A stretch of 64,000 bases of DNA, taken from an uncultured Halanaerobiales bacterium (GTDB lineage Bacteria; Bacillota; Halanaerobiia; Halanaerobiales; M55B127). The translations under genes were made by a program, and so were the position numbers. Under the pieces are notes generated by a model. It ran no database searches, had not been told where the DNA came from, and worked only from the letters and a program-made list of their open reading frames with translations. This document shows, in pieces, positions 18,578 through 27,321 of this stretch. The stretch is taken from NCBI GenBank assembly GCA_964430875.1, contig CAYSHP010000007.1, positions 1,736-65,735 of the forward strand. The letters run 5' to 3'. Numbering within the stretch: position 1 is the first letter of the stretch; each line of letters starts with the position of its first letter.

Positions 18578-20968
18578 TTACTCATTCTTATTTTTTCCTT
18601 TGAACTCTGCTGCTTTAGCTGCTTTTTCTTCCATAACCTCTTTTACTTTTTGGTGAACTTCGTCCGCTGGTCTATCAAACATTAATTCAATTGCTTCATC
18701 AATATTACTTATTGAATAAAGTTGAAACTTGTCATCTTTTATAGCATTAATAACTTCTTCTTCTAGCATGAGATTATCTTTATTTTGTTCAGGTATTATT
18801 ACACCCTGAGTACCTGTTATTTCTTTATTTTTACAGACTTTATAGAAACCTTCTATTTTCTCATTTACTCCCCCGATAGGCTGTATTTTCCCCTTCTGGT
18901 TCATAGAACCAGTAATTGCTAAATCCTGTCTGATTGGATATTCAGATATTGAAGAAAGAATTGCAATTAATTCAGCTGCTGTTGCAGAATCTCCTTCAAT
19001 TCCACCATAGCTTTGTTCAAATGCTAAAGATACATTTAAACTTAAGGGAGTATCTTTTGCATATTTATTTCCTAAATATCCAGAGAAGATTAAGACAGCT
19101 TTGTTGTGGATCTTACCACTCATATCAGCTTCACGTTCAATATTGATAACTCCTTCTTGACCCATAAAGGTCTGAGCTGTAATTCTAGTCGGGCGTCCGA
19201 AAGAATACTGACCAGTTTGATATACAGATAAACCATTAATCTGACCGGACTCGTCTCCATCTACATCAACTAGAATATGCTCATCTTCAATTTTTTCCTG
19301 GATTTTTTCTTCAATAAGATTCGATCTTCTGATCTTTTCATCTATAGCTTTTTTAACATCTTCTCTTTCTACTAAGTCATGACTATTAACATCTGATAAA
19401 GCATCTGCTTCATAGATCAATTCTAATATTTGGTTAAATTTAGCTGTCATCTTATCCTTGTCTTCTGACATCCTGCTTCCATATTCAATTACTTTTGAAA
19501 CAGCTTCTGGCTTAAAGTGATTTAAACCTTCTTTTCTACAGATAGAAGCTATAAAGGAAGCAAAGTTTTTCATATTTTCTTCATTTCTTTTCATTTCATA
19601 ATCAAATGCTGCTCTAATTTTAAATAGTTTTTTGAATTCTTCATCATAATGGTAAAGTAACTGATAGATATATGGGTTACCTATTAATATTACTTTAACA
19701 TCTATAGGTACTCCCTCTGGTTTTAGACCACTAATTGGAATACTTCTGTATTGTTCACCTATATTTTCAACCACTATCTCCTGGTTTATGAGGATCCTTT
19801 TTAATGTTTCCCAGGCAAAAGGCTTAGTTAAAAGGTCTTTTACCTTCATAATGAGGTATCCGCCGCTTGCCTCATGAATAGCCCCACTTTTTATCATTGT
19901 GAAATCAGTTGTTAAAGTACCAAACTGACTTTTAGCCTCTATCTTACCAAATAGATTATAATAGGTTGGGTTTTGTTCAAAGATAACAGGTGCTCCATCA
20001 AGTTCTTTATTATCTACTATTAAGTTTACTTTATATCTTACGAAAAAGGAATCATCATTTTGCTGCTGTTGGAATAATTTCGAAAGGCTCTGATTTTGGC
20101 TATCCTGATCCCCATCTTTAAACTTATCTAGATGTTGTGTTATATCATGTTTTACTCTCTCTAAATACTGCTTTATTTCTTCAATATCATCATATTTTTC
20201 TTTTAAGTTTTCTATCCTGGGTTCTATTACATTAAGACTTAATTTTTTTTCCATTTCTTTCAACTTTTCCTGTGCTTCTGACTTTATATCTCTGATCCGC
20301 CTCATCATTTTTTCCATATCATTTTGAATTTCTTGACTTTTTTCGCGTAATTTACTTTTCTTTTCTTCATCTAATTTTTGAAATTCGTCTTGTTTGATTA
20401 CATTACCTTCTTCATCTATAGGTACAGGAACTGTACCTCTAGCTGTATTTTGCAAAGTAAATCCTTCTTTTCTAATTTCTTTATTAAATTCTTCCATGAT
20501 TTCATTTGACTTTTCCTGGTACTGTTTCATGATCTTATCACGGGCTTCATCATACTCTTCACCCTGGAAAACTTCTGGAATCTCTTCTTTAAGATCCTTT
20601 ATAATATTTTCCATATCACTTTCTAATCTTAAACCAGTACCCGGAGGTAATTTCATTGCTTTTGGTTTTTCAGGATTACCAAAATTAAACACATATACTA
20701 CATCTTCGGGAACTTCTTTTTTAGCAGCTTTTTTATCTGCTATTGTTTTGGCATAAGTTGAACGTCCAGAACCACTTACACCAGATATATAGATGTTGTA
20801 TCCTTCGTGTTCAATACGCATTCCAGTTTCTATTGCATCTACGGCTCTCTGTTGTCCTATTATTCCGTCTTCAAATGGTTCTAATTCAGCTGTGGATTCA
20901 AACGAGAAAATATCAGGATTACATGCACACTTAAGTTCATCTACAGGAATATTGTAACCTTTTTCCAT
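18578..20968 (-). CDS. Lon-like protease (AAA_32/LonC type) with coiled-coil insertion and C-terminal S16 Ser-Lys protease domain
   Basis: 796 aa. The P-loop reads GVSGSGRST (Arg in place of the Walker A Lys). A long charged helical insert spans about residues 130-310. The protease domain carries GDSATAAE and GGVNEKIEG. Confidence 0.88.
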   Translation of the reverse strand: MEKGYNIPVDELKCACNPDIFSFESTAELEPFEDGIIGQQRAVDAIETGMRIEHEGYNIYISGVSGSGRSTYAKTIADKKAAKKEVPEDVVYVFNFGNPEKPKAMKLPPGTGLRLESDMENIIKDLKEEIPEVFQGEEYDEARDKIMKQYQEKSNEIMEEFNKEIRKEGFTLQNTARGTVPVPIDEEGNVIKQDEFQKLDEEKKSKLREKSQEIQNDMEKMMRRIRDIKSEAQEKLKEMEKKLSLNVIEPRIENLKEKYDDIEEIKQYLERVKHDITQHLDKFKDGDQDSQNQSLSKLFQQQQNDDSFFVRYKVNLIVDNKELDGAPVIFEQNPTYYNLFGKIEAKSQFGTLTTDFTMIKSGAIHEASGGYLIMKVKDLLTKPFAWETLKRILINQEIVVENIGEQYRSIPISGLKPEGVPIDVKVILIGNPYIYQLLYHYDEEFKKLFKIRAAFDYEMKRNEENMKNFASFIASICRKEGLNHFKPEAVSKVIEYGSRMSEDKDKMTAKFNQILELIYEADALSDVNSHDLVEREDVKKAIDEKIRRSNLIEEKIQEKIEDEHILVDVDGDESGQINGLSVYQTGQYSFGRPTRITAQTFMGQEGVINIEREADMSGKIHNKAVLIFSGYLGNKYAKDTPLSLNVSLAFEQSYGGIEGDSATAAELIAILSSISEYPIRQDLAITGSMNQKGKIQPIGGVNEKIEGFYKVCKNKEITGTQGVIIPEQNKDNLMLEEEVINAIKDDKFQLYSISNIDEAIELMFDRPADEVHQKVKEVMEEKAAKAAEFKGKNKNE

Positions 20969-20997
20969 TGATTACCACCTCCGAAATTGTTAATTAA

Positions 20998-21006
20998 ATT
21001 ATACCA
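20998..21006 (-). promoter_or_regulatory. Extended -10 element (TGGTATAAT) upstream of the Lon-like gene
   Basis: The minus strand reads TGGTATAAT about 30 nt upstream of the GGAGGTGG RBS. No good -35 element. Confidence 0.4.
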
Positions 21007-21079
21007 TAGTCACGAAGGTAAATAAAAGTCTAGAGAAGAATTATTAACATTCTAATCTTCATAAAAACTTTACTACAAA

Positions 21080-21111
21080 TTAAAAAACCCTATCTGAGAT
21101 AACAGATAGGG
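21080..21111 (-). terminator. Intrinsic terminator (hydantoinase 3' region / candidate sRNA 3' end)
   Basis: Minus strand CCCUAUCUG-UUAUCU-CAGAUAGGG followed by UUUUUU. Confidence 0.8.
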
Positions 21112-21198
21112 AAGGGGTGTCATAAAATTTATTTAACTTTTGCTTGTTAATTTATAAGCAATTAAAATGTTTTAAAAAGTTTCTTATTTATCGATTTC
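21082..21198 (-). ncRNA. Candidate small RNA (about 115 nt) bounded by its own promoter and the terminator above
   Basis: A near-consensus promoter at 21205..21233 fires into a non-coding 180-nt gap. The predicted transcript has an internal hairpin UUGCUU-N10-AAGCAA, a single-stranded CACCCCUUCCC tract and a terminator. No plausible ORF with an RBS. Confidence 0.35.
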
Positions 21199-21204
21199 AA
21201 AGAT

Positions 21205-21233
21205 AGTATAACATAATTAATTACTTTGTGCAA
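21205..21233 (-). promoter_or_regulatory. SigA-type promoter inside the hydantoinase-Lon intergenic region
   Basis: -35 TTGCAC (21233..21228), 17-nt spacer ending in TGT, -10 TATACT (21210..21205). Confidence 0.55.
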
Positions 21234-21291
21234 GGTTTCACAATAATTTTTTTAATTTTTTTTCTCCTCTCTTATTTCTAAGCTAATTAAC

Positions 21292-22680
21292 TTAATATAA
21301 AGAACTTTTATCGGCCTTAATAAACTGTCCATCTCCCCTATTTCCACGATAAGCACCTTGATTTACAACTAGATTACCGCGGCTAATAGTAGTTACTGGA
21401 TAACCTGATACTTCAATATGGTTATATGGACTATAGCCGGCATTAGAATGCATAAACATAGCTTCTAATTTTCTTGATTTGGCAGGGTCAAAAATAACTA
21501 AGTCAGCATCTGTATTTTCTTTTAGACTACCTTTTTGTGGATAAAGTCCAAATATTTTAGCGGGATTAGTAGATAATTTATTTATTATATCTACTAAATC
21601 CATACCTTTTTTAGTACCAAAATGATGAATTAAAGGTAAAAGAGTTTCTGAACCAGGTATTCCCGGTAAAGTATTAAAAACATCATCACCCATTTTCTTT
21701 TGAGCAATATCAAAGGAACAATGATCAGTTGCTACTACATCAATATTATTTTGTAATAAACCATCCCATAATTTTTTATTATCCTCTTCGGTTCTAAGAG
21801 GAGGAGTCATAAAATAAAGATAACTATCTTCTCTATTAAGAAATCCTCTATTTAAAAGCAAATAATGTGGTGCTGTTTCTGCCTTTAAATTTATGCCTTT
21901 CGCTTGATTTTTTCTTAATACTTCTAAACCTTCTTTTGACGATAAATGTACAATATAGCCTGGCATGTTAAACATTTTTATCAATTCAGCTATATTATCC
22001 ACTGCTTTTGCTTCTGCTTGTCCGGTTCTAATATCTGGATGGTATTTAAGATCTGTCTTACCCTCTTTTTTATATTTTTCTTCATTTTTTTCAATAATTT
22101 CATTATCTTCAGCATGTACAATAGGTAAAAGTTCCATTTGTTTTAAAGTTTTAAATAGCTCATAAAGTTTATCTTCTTCAATTAAATAACCTGCTCTGCG
22201 GTAAGTTGTAAATATCTTAATTGAACTTATTCCTTCATCTTTTACTTTTCTTAATTGCTGAGGACTTAATTCATCAAAATGAGTAACTGTTTGATGAAAG
22301 GTATAGTCTACAACTGCATCCCGGGCCTCCTTTTTCCTATTATCTAAAGAGTCCTTAAAAGTCCGGTCTCTTTCATGTTCATCATCAATGAAATCTATAA
22401 AAGTTGTTACTCCGCCAAAGGCAGAAGCAATCGAACCACTGTAAAAATCATCAGCTGTAACCGTGTTACGTGATTTTAAAAGATAATGGGTGTGGGCATC
22501 AATGATACCCGGAAAAACATATGAACCTTCTGCATCTATTACATTACTTTCTCTAACTTCAGATTCATTAAAATCTTCTGGTTTAGCAACTTTTTTTATA
22601 TACTCATCCTCAATTAAAATATTCATTTGCTCTATAGTATTTTCTTTAACTACTTGACCGTTTTTTATATAAATACTCAT
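21292..22680 (-). CDS. Cyclic amidohydrolase: D-hydantoinase/dihydropyrimidinase family, HyuA (YgeZ)-like
   Basis: ATG at 22680 (RBS AAGGAGGT). Motifs: DAHTHY, SIKIFTTY (carbamylated-Lys region), IVHLSS, PPLR..LW, DVVATDHCSF, FGLYPQKGSL. From memory these resemble E. coli HyuA. Confidence 0.88.
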   Translation of the reverse strand: MSIYIKNGQVVKENTIEQMNILIEDEYIKKVAKPEDFNESEVRESNVIDAEGSYVFPGIIDAHTHYLLKSRNTVTADDFYSGSIASAFGGVTTFIDFIDDEHERDRTFKDSLDNRKKEARDAVVDYTFHQTVTHFDELSPQQLRKVKDEGISSIKIFTTYRRAGYLIEEDKLYELFKTLKQMELLPIVHAEDNEIIEKNEEKYKKEGKTDLKYHPDIRTGQAEAKAVDNIAELIKMFNMPGYIVHLSSKEGLEVLRKNQAKGINLKAETAPHYLLLNRGFLNREDSYLYFMTPPLRTEEDNKKLWDGLLQNNIDVVATDHCSFDIAQKKMGDDVFNTLPGIPGSETLLPLIHHFGTKKGMDLVDIINKLSTNPAKIFGLYPQKGSLKENTDADLVIFDPAKSRKLEAMFMHSNAGYSPYNHIEVSGYPVTTISRGNLVVNQGAYRGNRGDGQFIKADKSSLY

Positions 22681-22699
22681 CAAATACCTCCTTTTTAAG

Positions 22700-22737
22700 A
22701 TAAAAAGAAAAGCCTATCTAAATTGAAGATAGGCTCT
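22700..22737 (-). terminator. Intrinsic terminator/attenuator after phoU, immediately upstream of the hydantoinase RBS
   Basis: Minus strand AGCCUAUCU-UCAAUUU-AGAUAGGCU followed by UUUCUUUUU. Confidence 0.7.
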
Positions 22738-22763
22738 TTAATAAATATATTATTTAATACTTC

Positions 22764-23417
22764 TTAATATTTTGTTCTCTTTTTAGTTAAGATGAATATT
22801 GTTTCTTCTCCAATATTAGTAGCATGGTCTCCAATTCTTTCTAATGATTTAGCAACCTTTGTAAATCTAAAAACCTGATTAATATTTTGTAGGTCTTCTT
22901 TATCACTTGCAAGTTTCAAGTTTTTATTATAGATCTGTTCATATATGTTGTCCACTCTTTCATCCTGTCTACAAGCAGCTTCTGCAAGATCAGCATTTTT
23001 AGTAATAAATGCTTCAAGTACAACATCAAGCATATCCTTTACTATGCTTGCTAATTCAGGAATCATAACTAAAGATTGTAAATATTCTTCATTTTTTAAT
23101 TCAAGAACAATCTCTGCTATGTTTGTAGCATGGTCGGCAATTCTTTCTAAGTCACTGGAAATCTTAACAAGAGCGATACAGTATTGAGTATCACTCAAGA
23201 GGGGTTTGTCGAGCGATAATAATCGGGTAACTTCTTCTTCAATCGTAACCTGGTAGCTGTCCATGACATCATCTCGATTTATAACGTCTCTGGCTAGATC
23301 TGCATCTTTTTCATCGAGCGCTTTAATAGCGTTTTGTAGCATCTCTTCAGCAACTTCACTCATGTTACTTAGATCATCAAGTAGTTGTTTTCTTCTCTCC
23401 TCATAAACCTGTTCCAT
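22764..23417 (-). CDS. phoU: PhoU-family phosphate signalling protein
   Basis: 217 aa with two PhoU repeats, each ending in ERIADHATNIAE / ERIGDHATNIGE. Confidence 0.9.
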   Translation of the reverse strand: MEQVYEERRKQLLDDLSNMSEVAEEMLQNAIKALDEKDADLARDVINRDDVMDSYQVTIEEEVTRLLSLDKPLLSDTQYCIALVKISSDLERIADHATNIAEIVLELKNEEYLQSLVMIPELASIVKDMLDVVLEAFITKNADLAEAACRQDERVDNIYEQIYNKNLKLASDKEDLQNINQVFRFTKVAKSLERIGDHATNIGEETIFILTKKRTKY

Positions 23418-23514
23418 ATAGACACTTCAGCCCCTTCTTTAAAAATAATTATCCTTTTATCATATATTCTCTATTAGGGTGTAAAATCCTCCCTTATTTC
23501 TTGACTATATTAGT

Positions 23515-24180
23515 TTACTTTTGTCTAATTTCTAAACCTTCTTTTAATACAGCAATAAATTCATCTAAGATATCTTCTAACTCCTGGTCAGGAATAGGCA
23601 TTTTATTTATATTATTTTCAATTAACTCTCGATAAGAAAAATCATATTGTTCGGTTACATAATCGAGAAGTGACATTGAAATACGGCTTACTAAAAAAGA
23701 TAAAAACTGACTATCGATATCTGAACGTAATTTCCCATTTTTTTGAGCCTCTATTATATAATCTTCAAAATACTGATCAGACCTTTTTTTAAGCTCGACT
23801 CCTATATTTCCTAACTCATCTATTAAACTCTCATTCATTGCATTCAATATTAATTTTGAATACTTTGGATGAGTGAGGTCAAAACGAGCTCCTTCTAAAT
23901 GCATGGTTTTTAGCATTACAAAAAAGTCTTTTTTAGTTTTAGAAATGTTTTCACTTATGAAATTTAGTTTTTTTTCACCAGCTTGGTCTAATAAATAAAG
24001 GTATAGGTCTTTTTTATTATCAAAGTACTGATACATACTCCCTTTTGAGATCCCGGCTTCTTTCACAATATGATTTATAGAAGCAGAATTATAATCATTA
24101 ACCGCAAATTCTTTTAAAGCCACCTTAAATATCTTATTTCTTTTTTCATCATTCAAATTAAAAAAGGTTTCCTTTGGCAT
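23515..24180 (-). CDS. TetR/AcrR-family transcriptional regulator
   Basis: The ORF is 23515..24204. The start is moved to ATG at 24180 (RBS AAGGAG), giving MPKETFFNL. HTH: SINHIVKEAGISKGSMYQYF. Confidence 0.9.
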   Translation of the reverse strand: MPKETFFNLNDEKRNKIFKVALKEFAVNDYNSASINHIVKEAGISKGSMYQYFDNKKDLYLYLLDQAGEKKLNFISENISKTKKDFFVMLKTMHLEGARFDLTHPKYSKLILNAMNESLIDELGNIGVELKKRSDQYFEDYIIEAQKNGKLRSDIDSQFLSFLVSRISMSLLDYVTEQYDFSYRELIENNINKMPIPDQELEDILDEFIAVLKEGLEIRQK

Positions 24181-24198
24181 AAATCCATCTCCTTTAAC

Positions 24199-24340
24199 GA
24201 CCATCTGGTCATAATTATAATATAAAATTAGCAGGCTGTCAAAGTTTTTATGACCAAGTGGTCTTTTTTTCTAATATTCTCTTGACAAGGGTTTGAGGGT
24301 GTGTTAATATATGACCAAGTGGTCGTATGACCGGGTAGTC
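24199..24340. promoter_or_regulatory. Divergent promoter region with four copies of a TATGACCnnnTGGTC-like operator
   Basis: GACC-N4-GGTC palindromes at 24199-24210, 24252-24263, 24313-24324 and 24329-24340. Two copies are identical 15-mers (TATGACCAAGTGGTC). The minus promoter is TTGACA(24242..24237)-17-TATAAT(24219..24214). The plus promoter is TTGACA(24282..24287)-17-TAATAT(24305..24310). Confidence 0.65.
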
Positions 24341-24358
24341 TTTTTTAGGAGGTGAAAC

Positions 24359-24988
24359 ATGCCCTTAAGTACATTTTATAATTTAGACCCCAAAAAACAA
24401 GAAAAAATTGTCGATATATCTATCAAAGAATTTGCTAAATATGGATATAAAAATACCACTGTTAGCAGTATAGCTAAAAAGGCAAAAATATCAAAGGGAA
24501 GTATGTATCAATATTTTAAAAGCAAGGAAGAACTATATATCTATATATTTGATATATCATATAGAGATAAAAAAAGACACATTAAAAATGCAATTAATAT
24601 AAATGAACTTGAAGATTTCTTCAGCTTATTAGAAACATTATTTATGGAAGCTTATCTCTTCTCTTTAAAACATCCTAATCTTCAGAAGATCTATTTTGAT
24701 TTATTGAAAAACACTAATCGAAAATTGAAAAATAAAGTTTTAAATAGATACAAAACTGATTTAGAAAATGATAATTTCAATTACCTACATTATTTGAAAC
24801 AAGAAATTGATAAAAAAAAGATTAAAAGTGGTGTAGATAAAAAGTTAGCAGCTTTTATAGTTTCTTCTTTTTTAGAAAATTTTTCATTACTGCTTATTGA
24901 AAAAGATATTTTAACTAAAAATATGGAGATTCAAAAATATATAAAAAACTTTATAAAGATTTTAAAAAATGGTATTAAAAAAGATTAA
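24359..24988 (+). CDS. TetR/AcrR-family transcriptional regulator (second, divergent)
   Basis: 209 aa. HTH: TVSSIAKKAKISKGSMYQYF. RBS AGGAGGTG. Confidence 0.9.
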   Translation: MPLSTFYNLDPKKQEKIVDISIKEFAKYGYKNTTVSSIAKKAKISKGSMYQYFKSKEELYIYIFDISYRDKKRHIKNAININELEDFFSLLETLFMEAYLFSLKHPNLQKIYFDLLKNTNRKLKNKVLNRYKTDLENDNFNYLHYLKQEIDKKKIKSGVDKKLAAFIVSSFLENFSLLLIEKDILTKNMEIQKYIKNFIKILKNGIKKD

Positions 24989-25005
24989 TTGAAAGGAGTA
25001 TTAAA

Positions 25006-25404
25006 ATGTTATTTAAAATTATTTGTTATGTGTTGGCATCTACTGCTTTTTTAAAAGGACTTGTTGGTATTTTTGCACACCAATTATTATATGGTTGGGC
25101 TGAGAAACATTATGGTAAAAAAGGTAAATCTTTTACTGTTAATCTACTTTTATTTTATGCATTTACAATATTAATACTAACTTGGTATGCTACTCTTTTT
25201 CAGTATACAGAATATGGATGGATTCTAACAACATTTATTACCTTAATGTCTATAAAAACTGTCGGCTTAACTTTTAAATGGAAAAAAGCATCTCAAAAGT
25301 TTGTTTCTTTCATTAAAAATAGTGGTAAAAAACTCTGGCTTTTAGATGTTGTTGTAATTATTTTAAGTCTTGTCTTTTTTGGACTTGGATACTTTGTCTA
25401 TTAA
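25006..25404 (+). CDS. Hypothetical 4-TM membrane protein
   Basis: 132 aa, hydrophobic, with an RBS (GAAAGGAG). Lies in an operon with the ABC-2 exporter. No family recognised. Confidence 0.6.
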   Translation: MLFKIICYVLASTAFLKGLVGIFAHQLLYGWAEKHYGKKGKSFTVNLLLFYAFTILILTWYATLFQYTEYGWILTTFITLMSIKTVGLTFKWKKASQKFVSFIKNSGKKLWLLDVVVIILSLVFFGLGYFVY

Positions 25405-25422
25405 AATAAGGAGGAATTTAAA

Positions 25423-26277
25423 GTGATAGAAGTTAAAAATTTATTTCATAAGTATGATAATCAATCAGAATATGCCGTCAATGATGTCTCTTTTAAAATA
25501 AATAAAGGCGAGATATTTGGGTTTTTAGGTCCAAGTGGGGCCGGCAAAAGCACTGTACAAAACATTATGACTGGCCTTTTAGAATTACAAAAAGGTGATA
25601 TCTTATATAATAATAGTTCTTTAGATCAAATGGGGCTTGATTTTTTTAATCAAATAGGAGTTTCATTTGAGCACCCTAATCTTTACAGTAAACTCAGTGG
25701 TTATGAAAACCTTAAATACTATGCTGGTCTATTTGATGTACCTACAAAAGAGCCCGAATACCTTTTAAACCAGGTAGGTTTAAAAGAAGCAGCAGATAAA
25801 GAAGCCAAAAGTTACTCTAAAGGCATGAAACAAAGATTAGTATTTGCAAGGGCTTTACTTAATGATCCAAAGATTCTTTTTTTAGATGAACCATTATCCG
25901 GTTTAGACCCTTCTATAGCCAGAGAAATTAAAAATATAATTATTAATAAAAAGAAAAATAAAACTACCATCTTTCTCACCACTCATAATATGTTCGTTGC
26001 AGAAGAATTATGTGATAAGGTCGCCTTTATTAATGAAGGTGAAATAGTAGCTTTAGATACTCCCCGTAATTTAAAATTAAGGTACGGTGAAAAGTCGGTT
26101 AAAGTAGAATACAAACAAGATAATAACCTACAAAAAGAATATCTGTTTCCTGAAAATCAAGCAGATAATTTAAGATTAAAAAAATTAATAGGTAGTAATA
26201 ACATAGAAACAATACATTCTCAGGAGGCCACCTTAGAACAGATTTTTATTAAAATAACCGGTAGGGAGTTGGCATAG
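25423..26277 (+). CDS. ABC transporter ATP-binding protein (ABC-2/drug-exporter type)
   Basis: GTG start after AAGGAGG. Walker A GPSGAGKST, signature YSKGMKQR, Walker B LFLDEP. Confidence 0.9.
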   Translation: MIEVKNLFHKYDNQSEYAVNDVSFKINKGEIFGFLGPSGAGKSTVQNIMTGLLELQKGDILYNNSSLDQMGLDFFNQIGVSFEHPNLYSKLSGYENLKYYAGLFDVPTKEPEYLLNQVGLKEAADKEAKSYSKGMKQRLVFARALLNDPKILFLDEPLSGLDPSIAREIKNIIINKKKNKTTIFLTTHNMFVAEELCDKVAFINEGEIVALDTPRNLKLRYGEKSVKVEYKQDNNLQKEYLFPENQADNLRLKKLIGSNNIETIHSQEATLEQIFIKITGRELA

Positions 26278-27321
26278 ATGCTAAACAAATATTTAAATTT
26301 AACCAAACAAAATCTTACTATTTTAATGAGAAACAATTTTCACTTAATTGTTATTGGATTAGCAGTCATTATGGTAATCTTAGTTAATTTCGTGATACCT
26401 GGCCAAGTAAAAATTACACCTAAAGAGCTCTTTTTTGATAATACTAATAATAATATAGTGCAGGATTATTTATTAAAAAATGATGTACAAAAAGATCGCT
26501 TTGTCGATAGTGAAAAAAAATTATATGAAAGATTAAATCAGAATAGTAATACACTCGGAGTAATAATTGATGGTAATAAAGATAATACTTCCTTTACCAT
26601 TATTGGACAGGGCAATGAAAATGATGAAGCATTTAATCTATTAAGTGCAGCCATGGCAAATTTAATTGACAGAATAAAAAATAATCAAAATGAAAATATT
26701 AATATTCAATATTTAAGGCCTCAACAACCTAATATTCCTTTTAACCAAAAATTAATACCTATAATTATCTTTACAGAAGTTATCTTGTTAGGTTTTCTCT
26801 TGGTCGCAGTTATTGTCTTTCAGGAAAAAGAAGAAGGCGGTATTAAGGCCTTTCGGGTAAGCCCAGCTAATACTATTGTATATATTTTATCTAAAGTTAG
26901 TGCTAATCTAATATTAGCTTATCTATATCTCTTAATTGTACTTTTATTTACATTAGGTTTTAATGTGAATTACTTAAATATATTTGTTTTAACTACTTTA
27001 GGCAGTATATTAATGACGCTTTTAGGTTTGAGTATTAGTGTGTTTTTTAAAAACTTAGAAGAATTTATTTTTGTAGCTTTAATTGTATTATCAATACTTG
27101 CATTACCTATGATGACTTATTTAACTCCATCATTTTCACCAGATTTCTTTAGATTTTTACCTTCTTATTCTGTACTTTTTGGATTAAGAGAATTACTATT
27201 TACCTCTGGCAAAAACTCCATATTATTTAATTTAAATATGTTATTAGTATTAGAAGGTATTGGAATGTTCATTATAGCTACCTGGTCTGTGAATAGAAAA
27301 CTAATGAAGGAGGGTAAATAA
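26278..27321 (+). CDS. ABC-2 family permease
   Basis: 347 aa. N-terminal TM, a large extracytoplasmic loop, then a C-terminal 5-TM bundle. Abuts the ATPase stop. Confidence 0.8.
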   Translation: MLNKYLNLTKQNLTILMRNNFHLIVIGLAVIMVILVNFVIPGQVKITPKELFFDNTNNNIVQDYLLKNDVQKDRFVDSEKKLYERLNQNSNTLGVIIDGNKDNTSFTIIGQGNENDEAFNLLSAAMANLIDRIKNNQNENINIQYLRPQQPNIPFNQKLIPIIIFTEVILLGFLLVAVIVFQEKEEGGIKAFRVSPANTIVYILSKVSANLILAYLYLLIVLLFTLGFNVNYLNIFVLTTLGSILMTLLGLSISVFFKNLEEFIFVALIVLSILALPMMTYLTPSFSPDFFRFLPSYSVLFGLRELLFTSGKNSILFNLNMLLVLEGIGMFIIATWSVNRKLMKEGK

